A stretch of 64,000 nt of DNA, taken from assembly GCF_044324875.1 (NCBI RefSeq), contig NZ_CP172186.1, one strand, 5' to 3'. The notes under the pieces were generated by a model. It was not told the origin of the DNA. It ran no database searches and saw only the letters and a program-made list of their open reading frames with translations. A program made the position numbers and the translations under genes. The stretch comes from Escherichia coli (GTDB taxonomy: Bacteria; Pseudomonadota; Gammaproteobacteria; Enterobacterales; Enterobacteriaceae). Shown here piece by piece: positions 48,564-60,362 of this stretch (position 1 is the first letter of the stretch; each line of letters starts with the position of its first letter).

Positions 48564-50723
48564 TTATTGTTTTATTCCGTCTTTATCATCTCTATTAATA
48601 TTTTTCAGTTTTTCTTCACGAACGCCAGGTGTTCTGCGCATATTGGTATTACCTCCGGCAATAATATCTTTGACGGATGAAACCATATTCCCCAGCATAT
48701 TAACACCGTCACGTCCGCCCAGAAAATTAATCACATGGTCAGGCAGATAAGCCTGAAGCGCAAAAACGGCCGCAACCAGCGTGGTACAGACTCGGGCATA
48801 AATCAGCAAAAATCCTGCCATGCTGAATAGCCCCGTCAGGGAGTCTGTCTGTACATTGGCCAGTGCAGCTCCAAACAACGAATTTAGAATGGTTCCGGCA
48901 GCAATGATAGCGACTGACGCAAAGAAGAACCCGAATACCATCAGCAGCGGTCTGATCATGCTGTCTATCAGGTAGATGTAACCGTAAGCGGCCCGGCTTC
49001 CCCGGTCCTGGCTTGTTCCCAGGTGGGTGGCCGCCCAGAGGGGGCCAGCAGCACATCCAATCAGCACGCTGACTATCCAGTTACCAATGCCGGTCATCCA
49101 GAAGATAAACGGAATAAACGGCAGGTAAATGGATAACGAAAAGCCGGCACAGAACAGCAAAAACAGCAGGAAGTAGAGCGGTGGAGCGGCTGCTTCCATA
49201 AAAGCCTTTGCAGCCTCAGGTAAGCCCGTAACGGTATTAACCAGCCGACCAAAAATGGAGTTGCTGCCGGCAGTCGAAAGCACCCTGACTGTGGTATAAC
49301 CCGCCCAGATGCTTTCAGTAATGCCCATAGTGTAATCACCGATATTTTTCATTTTTATCAGTGGGTTTAGTTGGTCAGTGGTTGTGCCGGTTTTTGTAAA
49401 GATTGTTGCTACATTATTTGTAAGTTCTACTCCAGGAATTGAACTTAAAATAGCACTTTGCGGATCGTTACTGCCTGCGCTGTTATATTCATTTGCTGAT
49501 TTTAATGTTCCCAGTGCAGGAGTATACGTTGAGTTCTGTAGCTGTGCCTGGTAAGCCCCCTTGACTTCCTTCAGGAACTCCGTATCCCCGGCTTCGCCCA
49601 GTGACGAGACGCCACTCACAGTAGGAGCGCGGTTGGCCAGGTCTTCCAGTCGCTGGTTGGCGGTGGCAAAGGTCTGGTACCAGGCGCCCAGGGCAACCCA
49701 GCCGTAGGTGGTCAGGTAGGATTTCAGCTGCTCCCTGCGCTCAGTTTCTGCGTTATCTGCCGGCAACGCCTTCTGCACCGTTTCTTCATACCGGTTGGCA
49801 GCCTGCTGAATACGGCTTTCAATATCCGGCAGGTTGCCGTTACCCGTGTCGCGTCGGGTCCGGTACGCTGACACAAATTCCTGCGCCGCGCTGTCCAGGT
49901 CACGGAGCATGGTATCCATGGCGGAGCGCTGTGCCGTCAGAACCCCCTGATATTCCGTTTCAATGAAGGGATTGAAAAAATGGGCCAGCGCGGACTGCTT
50001 GTTACTGCCGTTTCCTTTCACGGAGAGACTCACACTCCCGCAGGTGGCGCTGCCATTTGAGACGGTGACGGTATATCTGCCATTCTCTGTCCGTGAGGAT
50101 TCGCTCATGGGCGGCGTTGATGAACGTGCGGTACGGTTAAAGTCATCGAGGCCCGTATTCATGGCGTGTTTGCACAGTTCCATCTCCAGTATTCCCCGTG
50201 CTGCCGTGCGGGTGGAGACATGTACTGGCTGTACGGTCATTGAATAGCCTTCAGCGATGTTTTCTGCCGCTGTCTGAACCATGATATTGGCGGAACCGAT
50301 GCCCATGATGGATGCGCCCCACAGCATGACCAGTTGTGCCAGACTCCAGCCGGAAGCGGTGGGCACAATCATCATAAAACCGCTCACAATACTGAGCATT
50401 CCGACGACGTCCCGTCCGTTGTTAAAGACATTGCCCTGGTGTCCCGTGCGGACAGCATGACGGATACCAATAAACAGAAACCAGACTATCCCCATCGTGG
50501 CGATAATTGCGTTAAACACCATGAACAGGTTGCCAATGATGGTGTTGCTGCTGGCTGTCAGGGGATTTGTGACCACATCACCAAAAATGGTGACCAGTGC
50601 CTGGCGCGACAGGTCATCCGGATTGGTGGCGGCACTCACAATGTCCTGATAGGTGACGAAAGCCTGTGCAGGTACGGCAGCCAGCGCCAGACCTGCACTC
50701 AGTGCTCTGGGTATGATTTTCAC
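48564..50723 (-). CDS. traY: TraY polytopic membrane protein (IncI1 transfer)
   Basis: 719 aa, multiple hydrophobic segments; order traU-V-W-X-Y-excA. Confidence 0.75.
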   Translation of the reverse strand: MKIIPRALSAGLALAAVPAQAFVTYQDIVSAATNPDDLSRQALVTIFGDVVTNPLTASSNTIIGNLFMVFNAIIATMGIVWFLFIGIRHAVRTGHQGNVFNNGRDVVGMLSIVSGFMMIVPTASGWSLAQLVMLWGASIMGIGSANIMVQTAAENIAEGYSMTVQPVHVSTRTAARGILEMELCKHAMNTGLDDFNRTARSSTPPMSESSRTENGRYTVTVSNGSATCGSVSLSVKGNGSNKQSALAHFFNPFIETEYQGVLTAQRSAMDTMLRDLDSAAQEFVSAYRTRRDTGNGNLPDIESRIQQAANRYEETVQKALPADNAETERREQLKSYLTTYGWVALGAWYQTFATANQRLEDLANRAPTVSGVSSLGEAGDTEFLKEVKGAYQAQLQNSTYTPALGTLKSANEYNSAGSNDPQSAILSSIPGVELTNNVATIFTKTGTTTDQLNPLIKMKNIGDYTMGITESIWAGYTTVRVLSTAGSNSIFGRLVNTVTGLPEAAKAFMEAAAPPLYFLLFLLFCAGFSLSIYLPFIPFIFWMTGIGNWIVSVLIGCAAGPLWAATHLGTSQDRGSRAAYGYIYLIDSMIRPLLMVFGFFFASVAIIAAGTILNSLFGAALANVQTDSLTGLFSMAGFLLIYARVCTTLVAAVFALQAYLPDHVINFLGGRDGVNMLGNMVSSVKDIIAGGNTNMRRTPGVREEKLKNINRDDKDGIKQ

Positions 50724-50797
50724 GGTAACTCCGGAACCGAAGGGGATGCCCGGGCATCAGCCCCCGGAATGAGGAAAAGAAATTGCAGACCGGACGG

Positions 50798-51367
50798 TCA
50801 GTACTGCCGGTGGGTAATGGCCAGCCATGTGGCCTGTTTCCAGCCGTGCCGGGCCTGCAGGTAATCGGGGAAGGTGCCCTGTTCGTCCTCGCTGACCCGC
50901 CGTTCATTCAGCTGCCAGAGGCGGTATGACGCAATCAGGGCTTTTGAGGCACACAGTGCTGCAATGGTGCTCATCAGTAACAGGCAGACCAGGATACGTA
51001 TCAGGGTGATGACCGGCAGTGCGGTGGCCGCAAGGGCCATACCACACAGCAGAAGTACCGGTATCATCATCAGCCAGAATCCTGTCCGCCAGAACATCCT
51101 GCGACGTCGCAGACGCCGGTCCAGTTCGTCGACCGTCAGTCCGCTGGCCCTGACCGCTTCCTCCCAGGTCATACAGACCGGACTCTCCGGTTGCCGGTCG
51201 GGCATGAGGCGCTTCAGGCGCGTTTTATGCTGGTCCAGCATATGGCGGCAGCTGCGCAGCATCCAGCGGGTTTCTGCCAGTGGTGCGAACAGATTTATCC
51301 CTATATCACCGATGCGGCGGAGACGGGGGGCCGGTTTTTTTTCGTCGATGCTGTTGTCGTCTTTCAT
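50798..51367 (-). CDS. traX: TraX
   Basis: 189 aa membrane protein, synteny. Confidence 0.65.
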   Translation of the reverse strand: MKDDNSIDEKKPAPRLRRIGDIGINLFAPLAETRWMLRSCRHMLDQHKTRLKRLMPDRQPESPVCMTWEEAVRASGLTVDELDRRLRRRRMFWRTGFWLMMIPVLLLCGMALAATALPVITLIRILVCLLLMSTIAALCASKALIASYRLWQLNERRVSEDEQGTFPDYLQARHGWKQATWLAITHRQY

Positions 51368-52569
51368 CTTACGCTCCCCTGGCTCATGGCCTGTGACAGT
51401 TCGCCAAGGCGCTGTCCGTAATACTGCCGTGCGGCCAGCGCAAGTTGCTGCCCGGCGATAACGTTACCCTGACGAATCTGCTCTTTCAGGTCGTTCATCT
51501 GCCAGTTCAGCAGGGCGGTGGTGCGCAGCAGTTCACGGAGAAGGTTATCGCCTTCCATGCCCTGCAGATCCTGCTGCCAGTCGGTGTTTGCATAGCGTCT
51601 GCCGGCTTCAAAGGCCTCAAACTCCCGCTGGCTCATGTGACCACGGGTGCGGGCCTCTGATGATGCGGTCCGGTCAAAATATGCCGCAGCGGATGGTGAC
51701 TGCAGGGCTTCAGTCAGCGCTCCACGGGTGGCCTCATTAGGGGTGCTGTCAGCTATCAGTGACAGTTGCGGATGAGAGGCGGCATCGATGATGCCGTTGT
51801 ATTCATTCTGCAGGCCCACATACGTGCGCCCGGTCTGTGTTCCCACTTCACCTTTCCCCGGGGCACGACCCGCTGACGGTCTGGCGGTGTTTTTCATGTA
51901 AGCCGTGGCAGCATCAATCTGTTTCTGATCCCAGGTGAGGGCGGCAGGGGTATCTGCTGTGCCTGCACCCTGATAGAGCGATCGCACCTGGCTGTCTCCG
52001 CCCGGCAGCTCGCCCACGGCAGGGCAGACATCGGTTCCGCCAAAGCGGGCATATTCAGCTTCCGTGCAGTAACCGGCATGAATGCCTGCACTGTCATATG
52101 CCTCGCGGGTTGGTGAGTCTGCTGCCCGGGAGAGACGTTCACGGATGAGTTTACTGCTGACGCCTCCTCCCTGACTCAGACGTGCAGCCGCAGACGCTGC
52201 TGCACGGCGACTTTCAGCTGCAACTCCGGAGGCGGATTCACTGCAGATGGAGTCCGGCACGCTGAAGCTCTTCCGGGCTTCCTCAAGCCGGCGGGTTTCA
52301 TTACTGAATATCATCTGCTGACGGGTGGCCTGCCCATCCTGTGCGATGACAGAGGCCAGCTTCTCTGAACTCTGGTTGATGGCTGTGCCGGTGGCTGTCT
52401 GCATACGGACCATCTCTGCCATCACGCCCTGAATGGCGGCCAGCTCCGGCATGATTTGTGTGGTGACAGGCTGGCTGGCCACTACGGTCACAGAATAGGC
52501 GTGGGTGGACGGGATAACCGCACAGCCTACCAGGAGTGCAAGCAGTGTGGTTGCTGGTTGTCTTTGCAT
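51364..52569 (-). CDS. traW: TraW lipoprotein
   Basis: Start set at MQRQPATTLLALLVGCAV (lipobox LVGC); the longer upstream extension is less likely. Confidence 0.7.
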   Translation of the reverse strand: MQRQPATTLLALLVGCAVIPSTHAYSVTVVASQPVTTQIMPELAAIQGVMAEMVRMQTATGTAINQSSEKLASVIAQDGQATRQQMIFSNETRRLEEARKSFSVPDSICSESASGVAAESRRAAASAAARLSQGGGVSSKLIRERLSRAADSPTREAYDSAGIHAGYCTEAEYARFGGTDVCPAVGELPGGDSQVRSLYQGAGTADTPAALTWDQKQIDAATAYMKNTARPSAGRAPGKGEVGTQTGRTYVGLQNEYNGIIDAASHPQLSLIADSTPNEATRGALTEALQSPSAAAYFDRTASSEARTRGHMSQREFEAFEAGRRYANTDWQQDLQGMEGDNLLRELLRTTALLNWQMNDLKEQIRQGNVIAGQQLALAARQYYGQRLGELSQAMSQGSVR

Positions 52570-53147
52570 TCTTTTTTCTCCGTTTTCAGGGGATACAGGA
52601 TGTCTGGTACGCGGTGACTGTGTGATTCCGGCAGCGGAGCCAGCGGGAAACACTGGAAGCGGCGCGTGATCCATCCCTGACGGTTACGGTTATCGATGAG
52701 CGTGAAGGTACGACGCTTCACGCGTTTCAGTGTCGGGGTGTCGCTTTCCATGACCGGCCAGTCTCCGGCTGTGAGTGCCGGTGTGCCGGGGACATCCGGC
52801 CACAGCCAGGTGTTGTCAGACATCAGCGCCGTGAGAGGCGAGGGCAGAAGCCAGTGAATGACATGCTGTATATCAAAAGGCGGTCGCTCCGGCACGTTAA
52901 CCTGCCAGGTGGCCGTTGTTATCAGCGTGCCTGTCTCTCCGGGCAGGGCCAGGCGAATACCACTCATCTCCCCGTCAGCCCGTCTGTCACTGGCAAAAAT
53001 GACCCGGGGATTGGGGGACGGTCGCAGTGTGAAGCAGGCGGACGGCAGGGTGAAGCTGAAACTGTCACCGTCCACGCGCAGCGTTTTCAGGAAGACCTGT
53101 CCCCGTGCAGGACGCCGGCAGCGGGGAGTGATGTGTATGCTGTACAT
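52527..53147 (-). CDS. traV: TraV
   Basis: 206 aa, synteny. Confidence 0.65.
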   Translation of the reverse strand: MYSIHITPRCRRPARGQVFLKTLRVDGDSFSFTLPSACFTLRPSPNPRVIFASDRRADGEMSGIRLALPGETGTLITTATWQVNVPERPPFDIQHVIHWLLPSPLTALMSDNTWLWPDVPGTPALTAGDWPVMESDTPTLKRVKRRTFTLIDNRNRQGWITRRFQCFPLAPLPESHSHRVPDILYPLKTEKKECKDNQQPHCLHSW

Positions 53148-56100
53148 CAGAGGTGATATCCCTGCTTACGGATGAGTTCCGCAGCCAGATCATGGATGAC
53201 GTTTTCACTGTCATGTGTACGGGCGCGGTGTTCTATCAGTGAGGTGGCTGAACCACGGGGAAAGTTTTCTGCCAGGATCTGGCGTGCCCGCAGTGACCCG
53301 AGCTCCTGCGTCAGCGCACGTCTCAGGGCGCTGTCTTTGGGTGAGGAATTCAGAGCCCACAGCTCCAGTGGACCGAGAGTGAATTTCAGGATCCGGGCCA
53401 GCGTACCGTTTTTTACACGGAACACAGCCAGTACCGGGACACCGCTGCCATCCGGTGCAGCCCCTTCCGGCATTTTCAGAAAGCGCCGCAGGGTGACTTC
53501 AGGGACACCAAAATTATCCCGCAGAAACGGAATTTCGTCAGGGCGGTAACGCAGCAACCAGAGGGTGTTGGCGGATTTGAGAACTGCCGGTGGATAGTCC
53601 TGCAGTAGCTGGGTGCTCAGCACTGTGCGTATCCCGAACTTACGCTGCTCCAGCTCCTGGGTGTCCAGGGCTTCCCAGATGAAGTTGATCCCTTTTGCAT
53701 TGTGCAGTTCGTCATAGACTTTGGTCTTGACCTCCTGATCAAGCTGTTCAATGCGGCGGAAAATCACCTCATGGTAGCGTGGGTCGAGATTTTTCCGTAT
53801 TTCCTCCTGATACTGCGGCAGGACAAAATCCCCGCCGGCGATTTGTCCTGCCAGCAGGTACATGATGCCGGTGCGCAGACGCCCGGCAGGTGTCTTGTCA
53901 CCGGCCACATTGTTCAGATCAACGGCCACAACGCGGGTGTCGGGGCTGAGCATAAACCGGGTACAGCCGGACATCATCGGGTAGTCACTGTGTCCCTGAT
54001 CGAGGGCACGGCGGATGTAGTCCAGTAACAATTCTGCTGAGTTATCGCGCTGAACTGTGCCGAACACATCCCGGATGGATGGCTGTCCCAGCAGGGCGGA
54101 CATTTCAGCCAGCAGGGGCATGGCCTGGTAGTGTGCCCGCTGGGCTGCGGGGATATTGCCAGCCATATGCAGCATGTCCCTGATTTCAAACCAGGTGGCA
54201 GCATTCCACCATCCAGAGTCATGTTGTTCTGCGATGCCACTCTCTTCCAGGGCGAGATCCACAAGGGGCTCTGTTCCTGCACGGTACAGTCTGGGGTTGT
54301 TTTCGCCATACTCCCTGAAGGCCAGATCCACCAGGTTGCTTATGATTTGCCGGGTGTCACCGGGATTACAGGGCTGACCGGTGCCGGTATCCACGCACAG
54401 TGCGCAGAGTACAGATACCATGAAGTTCTTTTCCGGGGTGGCGGGTTTTTTAGCACCGTACATCACATCAAACAGGTTACGGGTGTGTTCCGGATCATTG
54501 CTCAGAATGATCCCCACGGCTTCGTCCTTTCTCTGCTCCGGCAGGCTGTCACGGATAAGCTGTACCAGTCCCTGTGCACTGAATCCCTTGTCGATATAGG
54601 CAATGAAAGGCAGGTTCTTCTGGGCTGAGGCTATCTGGATCTCCGACAGTGCGTTGATGAGTACCGATTTGCCCAGACCGGGTGCGCCGGGCGTCAGTTC
54701 CGTGTGCTTGTTCTGTTGTGACGATGCCAGTGCGACCTCCCATGCAGAGCCGTCCTCGGTGTGCATCATCAGATTTCCCTGTCCCCGCCAGACAGAGCCT
54801 GCCCTGTTCAGGGGAAACAGGGAAAGGGCGTGTGAAAGGGGCGGGTAAAGGGGGATCGGGCCGGAGCTGTGGGAGGCTGCCAGAACCGTGTTCACCCAGG
54901 CACGTCTCGGATCACCGAAGGTGGTGGTGGTGCCGCATACCCCCCAGCCTTCCAGCGCAGATTTCAGGAGAGCCTGGTTACGGGTACAGACTTCCCGGCT
55001 GTTTCCCCATGTGGTGGCAACAATGGTCATGATACAGACCGGATCATGTTTGTTGATGTCATTCAGCATCATCACCGAGTCATACATGGGCCGGAGAGGG
55101 GAAATAAAGCTGCTGTAGGTTAGCAGGGTTTTCTTGACTCCAAGCGCCTTCATGCCGCCGGGCATCAGATCCATCCGGATACGCCAGGGGATTGCGCGGG
55201 GCACATCCCTGACCAGCTGGTTGAATGTCCGCAGATTCTGGGGTGGCAGGGTAATGGCGACCATACCGTGCCAGAGGTCACCGGCCTTTATCAGGCTGCC
55301 GTGTGTTTCAGGCTGTGTGGTGAATAACTGCAGATTCAGCGACGGTGCGTGGAATACAGAGGTATCCTCGCCCTGTCGCCAGCCGGCAGGACGGGCATCT
55401 TCAGGCAGATGAGGCTGCCATACTGCAGGTGTGCTGTTGCGCTCCAGTTGACGGCGGATTTCCCGTCCCACTTCATGAATATCCATCAGGCGAACCAGCA
55501 GACCATCAGAATCATGTGTCAGGGCCTGCTCCAGCGTGTCCAGAAAGGCGTCATGCCGTATTTTGAGTGCGGAAAGTGTCCAGCGCCATGGATCCTGCGC
55601 AAATCGGGCTGGCGGAGCGTGTTCAGCGAGTTTCCTGATACGGGTCTGGTGGTCCTTGCGATCGGTCCGGCTCAGCAGTTCTTCAGAGCTCCAGACGGTC
55701 AGCCAGCAGCGTTCCCGGACAAGCCAGGGGGTGAGGGTGGTGACTTTTTCATCCAGAACGTCCTGAAGCAGGATCCCCGTACGTGCGATGGATTTTCGCT
55801 GGGGTAAGAGCATGGCTTCGATTTCATCCCTTCCACGCTCCGGATCGCGTTCGAAAACAAAACTGATTTTGTGACCGGTGTTTTTATAGGCAGTGTTCAT
55901 TCGCTCTGCCAGCGCTGTAATCAGTGATTCCAGTGTGCCGGGGGCTGTCAGGTCCGGGTTTTCATCCATTTCTTTCAGGGCACCGCTGATTTCAAAGACG
56001 GAAAGGTAATACCCCTGTTTTGTGGTGGCAATGTAGGGGGCTTTCAGCCAGGGGCGGCGTTCGCGGTCCTGTTGGTCCAGACCGATGACGGTGTGCAGAT

Positions 56101-56203
56101 CACAGTAATCGGGGAAGAATGCGGAAACGGAATACCGTGACAGGGTACTGATACAGTCTTCAATGGCAAAAATAATGCGGTTGATATTCATGGCATGGAG
56201 CAC
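53147..56203 (-). CDS. traU: TraU, large ATPase of the IncI1/Dot-Icm-type secretion system
   Basis: 1018 aa; Walker A ...GAPGLGKSV... Confidence 0.8.
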   Translation of the reverse strand: MLHAMNINRIIFAIEDCISTLSRYSVSAFFPDYCDLHTVIGLDQQDRERRPWLKAPYIATTKQGYYLSVFEISGALKEMDENPDLTAPGTLESLITALAERMNTAYKNTGHKISFVFERDPERGRDEIEAMLLPQRKSIARTGILLQDVLDEKVTTLTPWLVRERCWLTVWSSEELLSRTDRKDHQTRIRKLAEHAPPARFAQDPWRWTLSALKIRHDAFLDTLEQALTHDSDGLLVRLMDIHEVGREIRRQLERNSTPAVWQPHLPEDARPAGWRQGEDTSVFHAPSLNLQLFTTQPETHGSLIKAGDLWHGMVAITLPPQNLRTFNQLVRDVPRAIPWRIRMDLMPGGMKALGVKKTLLTYSSFISPLRPMYDSVMMLNDINKHDPVCIMTIVATTWGNSREVCTRNQALLKSALEGWGVCGTTTTFGDPRRAWVNTVLAASHSSGPIPLYPPLSHALSLFPLNRAGSVWRGQGNLMMHTEDGSAWEVALASSQQNKHTELTPGAPGLGKSVLINALSEIQIASAQKNLPFIAYIDKGFSAQGLVQLIRDSLPEQRKDEAVGIILSNDPEHTRNLFDVMYGAKKPATPEKNFMVSVLCALCVDTGTGQPCNPGDTRQIISNLVDLAFREYGENNPRLYRAGTEPLVDLALEESGIAEQHDSGWWNAATWFEIRDMLHMAGNIPAAQRAHYQAMPLLAEMSALLGQPSIRDVFGTVQRDNSAELLLDYIRRALDQGHSDYPMMSGCTRFMLSPDTRVVAVDLNNVAGDKTPAGRLRTGIMYLLAGQIAGGDFVLPQYQEEIRKNLDPRYHEVIFRRIEQLDQEVKTKVYDELHNAKGINFIWEALDTQELEQRKFGIRTVLSTQLLQDYPPAVLKSANTLWLLRYRPDEIPFLRDNFGVPEVTLRRFLKMPEGAAPDGSGVPVLAVFRVKNGTLARILKFTLGPLELWALNSSPKDSALRRALTQELGSLRARQILAENFPRGSATSLIEHRARTHDSENVIHDLAAELIRKQGYHL

Positions 56204-56526
56204 TCCGGTAAGGATGAATCATCACGGTCTGATATTTTTTGATGCCACAGCAGGGGATGTGGCATGAAAAAACAGCAGAGGAAATAAATAATCTGTTGAG
56301 GGACAGGTGCGTATTTCTGTGTGATTACAGTAAATAATAAAAATGTAATAAGGTGGAAACACGCTGTCAGCTTAGTGAATTTACAGGCGGATAAGTGATT
56401 TTATTAATATGTACAACAATAGATTTTCTTCTTTTATTTTGTATAAATACCGGTGGGACATAAAAGAAACGGAGACTGCAGAGACAGAGATGAAGGGGTT
56501 CTACGCCGGAACCGCCGAAATTTCCG

Positions 56527-56769
56527 TTACCCTAGTTTTAGGCCGGCGACCAACTCATCTAAATCAATAATTTCATTACTGTTTTGAAAGGTATAATGGC
56601 CGTTCAGTAAAATGTGTTGCCAGGCCACCGGTGATATCCGAGTTAGAGCATCAATGCCTTTAGTATTGCCTTCCGCTTCCAGTCGCTCTAGTAATCGTGA
56701 CAGGATCGCTGAGTTGTAGTAGATGATTGCATTGGAAATTAACCGACCACATTGGTTGCTGATTTCCAA
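56527..56769 (-). pseudogene. tnpA: Tn3-family transposase TnpA, C-terminal fragment ending inside the IR
   Basis: ...ISPVAWQHILLNGHYTF... typical Tn3-family TnpA C-terminus. Confidence 0.75.
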
Positions 56770-56842
56770 TGCAATGTCATTTTTTCCTGTTAATTCCTTC
56801 TTTCCACCTACTTTGGCTATTGCAGCACGTAACTGGTGGTAG

Positions 56843-57120
<278 letters not shown>

Positions 57121-57148
57121 TAAACTCCCTGAGAAAGAGGTAAACAGA

Positions 57149-57475
57149 ATGACTAAAAATACTCGTTTTTCCCCCGAAGTCCGTCAGAGGGCGATTCGTA
57201 TGGTTCTGGAAAGTCAGGGCGAATATGACTCACAGTGGGCGGCAATTTGTTCCATTGCCCCAAAGATTGGCTGTACACCGGAGACTCTGCGTGTCTGGGT
57301 ACGCCAGCATGAGCGGGATACCGGAGGCGGTGATGGCGGGCTCACCACCGCTGAACGTCAGCGTCTGAAAGAGCTGGAACGTGAAAATCGTGAACTGCGC
57401 CGCAGTAACGATATCCTTCGCCAGGCTTCCGCTTATTTTGCGAAGGCGGAGTTCGACCGCCTCTGGAAAAAGTGA
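57149..57475 (+). CDS. IS629 OrfA
   Basis: 108 aa [41 protein letters not shown]... Confidence 0.9.
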   Translation: MTKNTRFSPEVRQRAIRMVLESQGEYDSQWAAICSIAPKIGCTPETLRVWVRQHERDTGGGDGGLTTAERQRLKELERENRELRRSNDILRQASAYFAKAEFDRLWKK

Positions 57476-58362
57476 TGCCACTGCTGGATAAGCTGCGTAA
57501 GCTGTACGGGGTCGGACCGGTATGCAGTGAACTACATATTGCCCCGTCAACGTATTACCACTGTCAGCAACAGCGACATCATCCTGATAAACGCAGTGCC
57601 CGTGCGCAGCGCGATGACTGGCTGAAGAAAGAGATACTGCGCGTATACGATGGGAATCATCAGGTATACGGTGTGCGTAAAGTCTGGCGTCAGTTGTTAC
57701 GGGAAGGAATCAGGGTAGCCAGATGTACAGTGGCGCGCCTCATGGCGGTTATGGGACTTGCCGGTGTTCTCCGGGGTAAAAAGGTCCGCACTACCGTCAG
57801 CCGGAAAGCCGTTGCCGCAGGCGACCGCGTAAACCGTCAGTTTGTGGCAGAACGTCCTGACCAGTTGTGGGTGGCTGATTTTACTTACGTCAGCACATGG
57901 CAGGGGGTCGTCTATGTGGCGTTCATCATTGATGTGTTTGCCGGATACATCGTGGGGTGGCGGGTCTCATCGTCTATGGAAACGACATTCGTGCTGGATG
58001 CTCTGGAGCAGGCGTTATGGGCCCGTCGACCGTCCGGCACAGTCCATCACAGTGATAAAGGTTCTCAGTATGTATCGCTGGCCTACACACAGCGGCTTAA
58101 GGAAGCCGGATTACTGGCATCAACAGGAAGTACTGGTGACTCGTATGACAACGCGATGGCGGAGAGCATCAATGGCCTTTACAAAGCGGAGGTAATACAC
58201 CGTAAGAGCTGGAAAAACCGGACAGAAGTGGAGCTGGCCACACTCACGTGGGTGGACTGGTATAACAATCGACGATTGCTGGAAAGGCTGGGCCATATCC
58301 CACCGGCAGAAGCAGAAAAAGCTTATTATGCTTCCATCGGAAACGATGATCTGGCAGCCTGA
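57472..58362 (+). CDS. IS629 OrfB (DDE transposase)
   Basis: 296 aa; ...[13 protein letters not shown]...[10 protein letters not shown]...[15 protein letters not shown]... Confidence 0.9.
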   Translation: MMPLLDKLRKLYGVGPVCSELHIAPSTYYHCQQQRHHPDKRSARAQRDDWLKKEILRVYDGNHQVYGVRKVWRQLLREGIRVARCTVARLMAVMGLAGVLRGKKVRTTVSRKAVAAGDRVNRQFVAERPDQLWVADFTYVSTWQGVVYVAFIIDVFAGYIVGWRVSSSMETTFVLDALEQALWARRPSGTVHHSDKGSQYVSLAYTQRLKEAGLLASTGSTGDSYDNAMAESINGLYKAEVIHRKSWKNRTEVELATLTWVDWYNNRRLLERLGHIPPAEAEKAYYASIGNDDLAA

Positions 58363-58425
58363 GTTCACAGATAAAACACTCTCCAGGAAACCCGGGGCGG
58401 TTCAAAACGTCAGCCACATCACAAA

Positions 58426-60271
58426 ATGGTAGCTGTTCATAGAATCGCGTCTCTTTTGCCTTATTACGATTGACAACGGGTTTATGCCAAGTCAGCTTCT
58501 GCGTTTCTCTATCGTATATCACATGCTTCAACTTTCCCTGTTTTAGCTCGCGGTTGAATGCTTTCCATTGTCGATGCAGTTCAGACTCCAACTTCTTTAG
58601 TTGTGTTTTGATCGGCTTGTGCAAAAATGGGATATTCATTTCAGCCAGCACCGTCGCCTTTTTTCCTTCTGGTACCAGTTCATCAGAAAGATGACGATGA
58701 CGGAGACTGTTATTGAGGTGGAATTCACCTGCCTGAAAGCGTTTTCTAATCTGTCGGTAGAGCCAGAACTCATAGCGCCCAGCATTCAGTCCAATGACTT
58801 CGCCACTCTCATCAAACTCTAGCAAATACGGGCGTAATCGTTTGGGTAATGTTCCCTTTGGGCATTCTGTTAGTGGTCGCTGCGAAAGCGTCTGCTTTTT
58901 ACTGAATACCACCTTAAGCCAGTTCATGGCTTTTACCCACGGACTATCGCTGACTACACTGTTGAGGTCGAGCGACAGAAATAATGGTCGAAGGTGACGC
59001 CGGATTAATCCGGTCATACCATCGACAGCTTGCCACTGTAATGCCAGTTTGCTGACGGGTTTTACGCTCATACGCTGAGCGGTGGTTTGCAGTGTCTCCC
59101 GTGGCATAATCTTCCACGCTCTACGGCGCACTTCGCCAAAGGTGGTAAAGTCTGAGACACTATCATCAACATAAAGAGACAGCAGTCGTCCGATCTTAGG
59201 CGTTTCACGCCGGTGTTTTTCTTGAACGTCAACCAGAAGCTGCTTAGCTACACGGCGACTCTCATCCTCGATCTTTTTCAAATGGAAAAACATGGCTTCC
59301 ACCAAGTTATCGCTGAACTGACGATAACGAACCCATGCATAACACAGCAGATAAAGACGCGCCTGCTCGGGTTTCAGTTGACGCAGATCGTAAACGGTAT
59401 AGAAATTTGCCAGACTCGCGTAGTACAACAGGTTTTGCTGAGAAATATTCAGTGTAGGTAAAATATTGCAGGCTTTATGGTGCAGTGCTTCCAAAATGGT
59501 TCGTTTTTCCCTTTCTTGGGTCATCTGTCGCCATCCGAAGTCTCGGGCATCTTGCCTGAGAATGGCAAGGCGGGAAAGAGTTTCATCGCGTTCAATCAGC
59601 TTGTTCAAATGAGCAATAGTCGCGTCATCGAGTTGTTCCGTTAAAATATGTCCTAATCTTTGTCTTTCATTAGAAAGGACTTTGCTGACTAGCTCTTGAA
59701 GTGTGGTATAGCCGGGTCTGATAATTTTGTTCTCGTTGAGCCAGATAATTAGCTCTGTGGCAACAAATCCGGGAGTGATATCGCGGTGAACAATATGGAC
59801 AGCTTGTTGTTCAACCAATGAAGACAATGCTGAGGACCATGGACGATAATTATACAATTTGAATATTTTTTCTCGCTGAGCATAGCGTTCATATTTAGAG
59901 GGCGATTGAAGTGGAATTGACTCTCCAGGAAAATAACGACTCAGGATAAAGTTGCAGTCGTCCAAGACATCATGCCAATTGAAATGAAAAAACAGACTTT
60001 TAGCTTTAAAGTAAGCAATCTGCAGAATGCAACAAAGCTGCGCATGAAGCCCTTTTCGACTGTTGACTAACGCTAACTCCGATTCATCCAGAACCAAAAA
60101 CTCTAATTGTTGTGCATCATCGAAATCAGGGAGGCCATAGAGAGCTTCTTGTTCAGCATTACTTAATACCGCTAGTCGTTCACTTTTACCAGCGGCTTTA
60201 CCACCACTTACCATCTTGCCCCCCGAAATTAATGTCCGTAAGAGGATCGTTAAGCGGACAGTAATAACCAC
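58426..60271 (-). pseudogene. tnpA: Tn3-family TnpA, N-terminal portion (truncated by IS insertions)
   Basis: ~615 aa of TnpA-like sequence; the ORF-track protein 58244..60271 reads on into IS629. Confidence 0.7.
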
Positions 60272-60362
60272 TTTTATAATCCGCCTATTTATTAGGCTGA
60301 CGTTGTCTCATATAACTGGTACGATATCAATCTCTTTTATCCCCCCTTAAACGTACATTAAT

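Noticed and set aside
53172-55807. Plus-strand ORFs of 70-165 aa inside traU, and similar antisense ORFs inside traY, trbC and traW
   Set aside because: They are fully contained antisense to long, well-supported minus-strand genes in GC-rich DNA and have no RBS.
58244-60271. 675-aa ORF taken as one intact protein
   Set aside because: Its last ~50 residues are the IS629 terminus read through; only the part upstream of ~58426 is TnpA-like.
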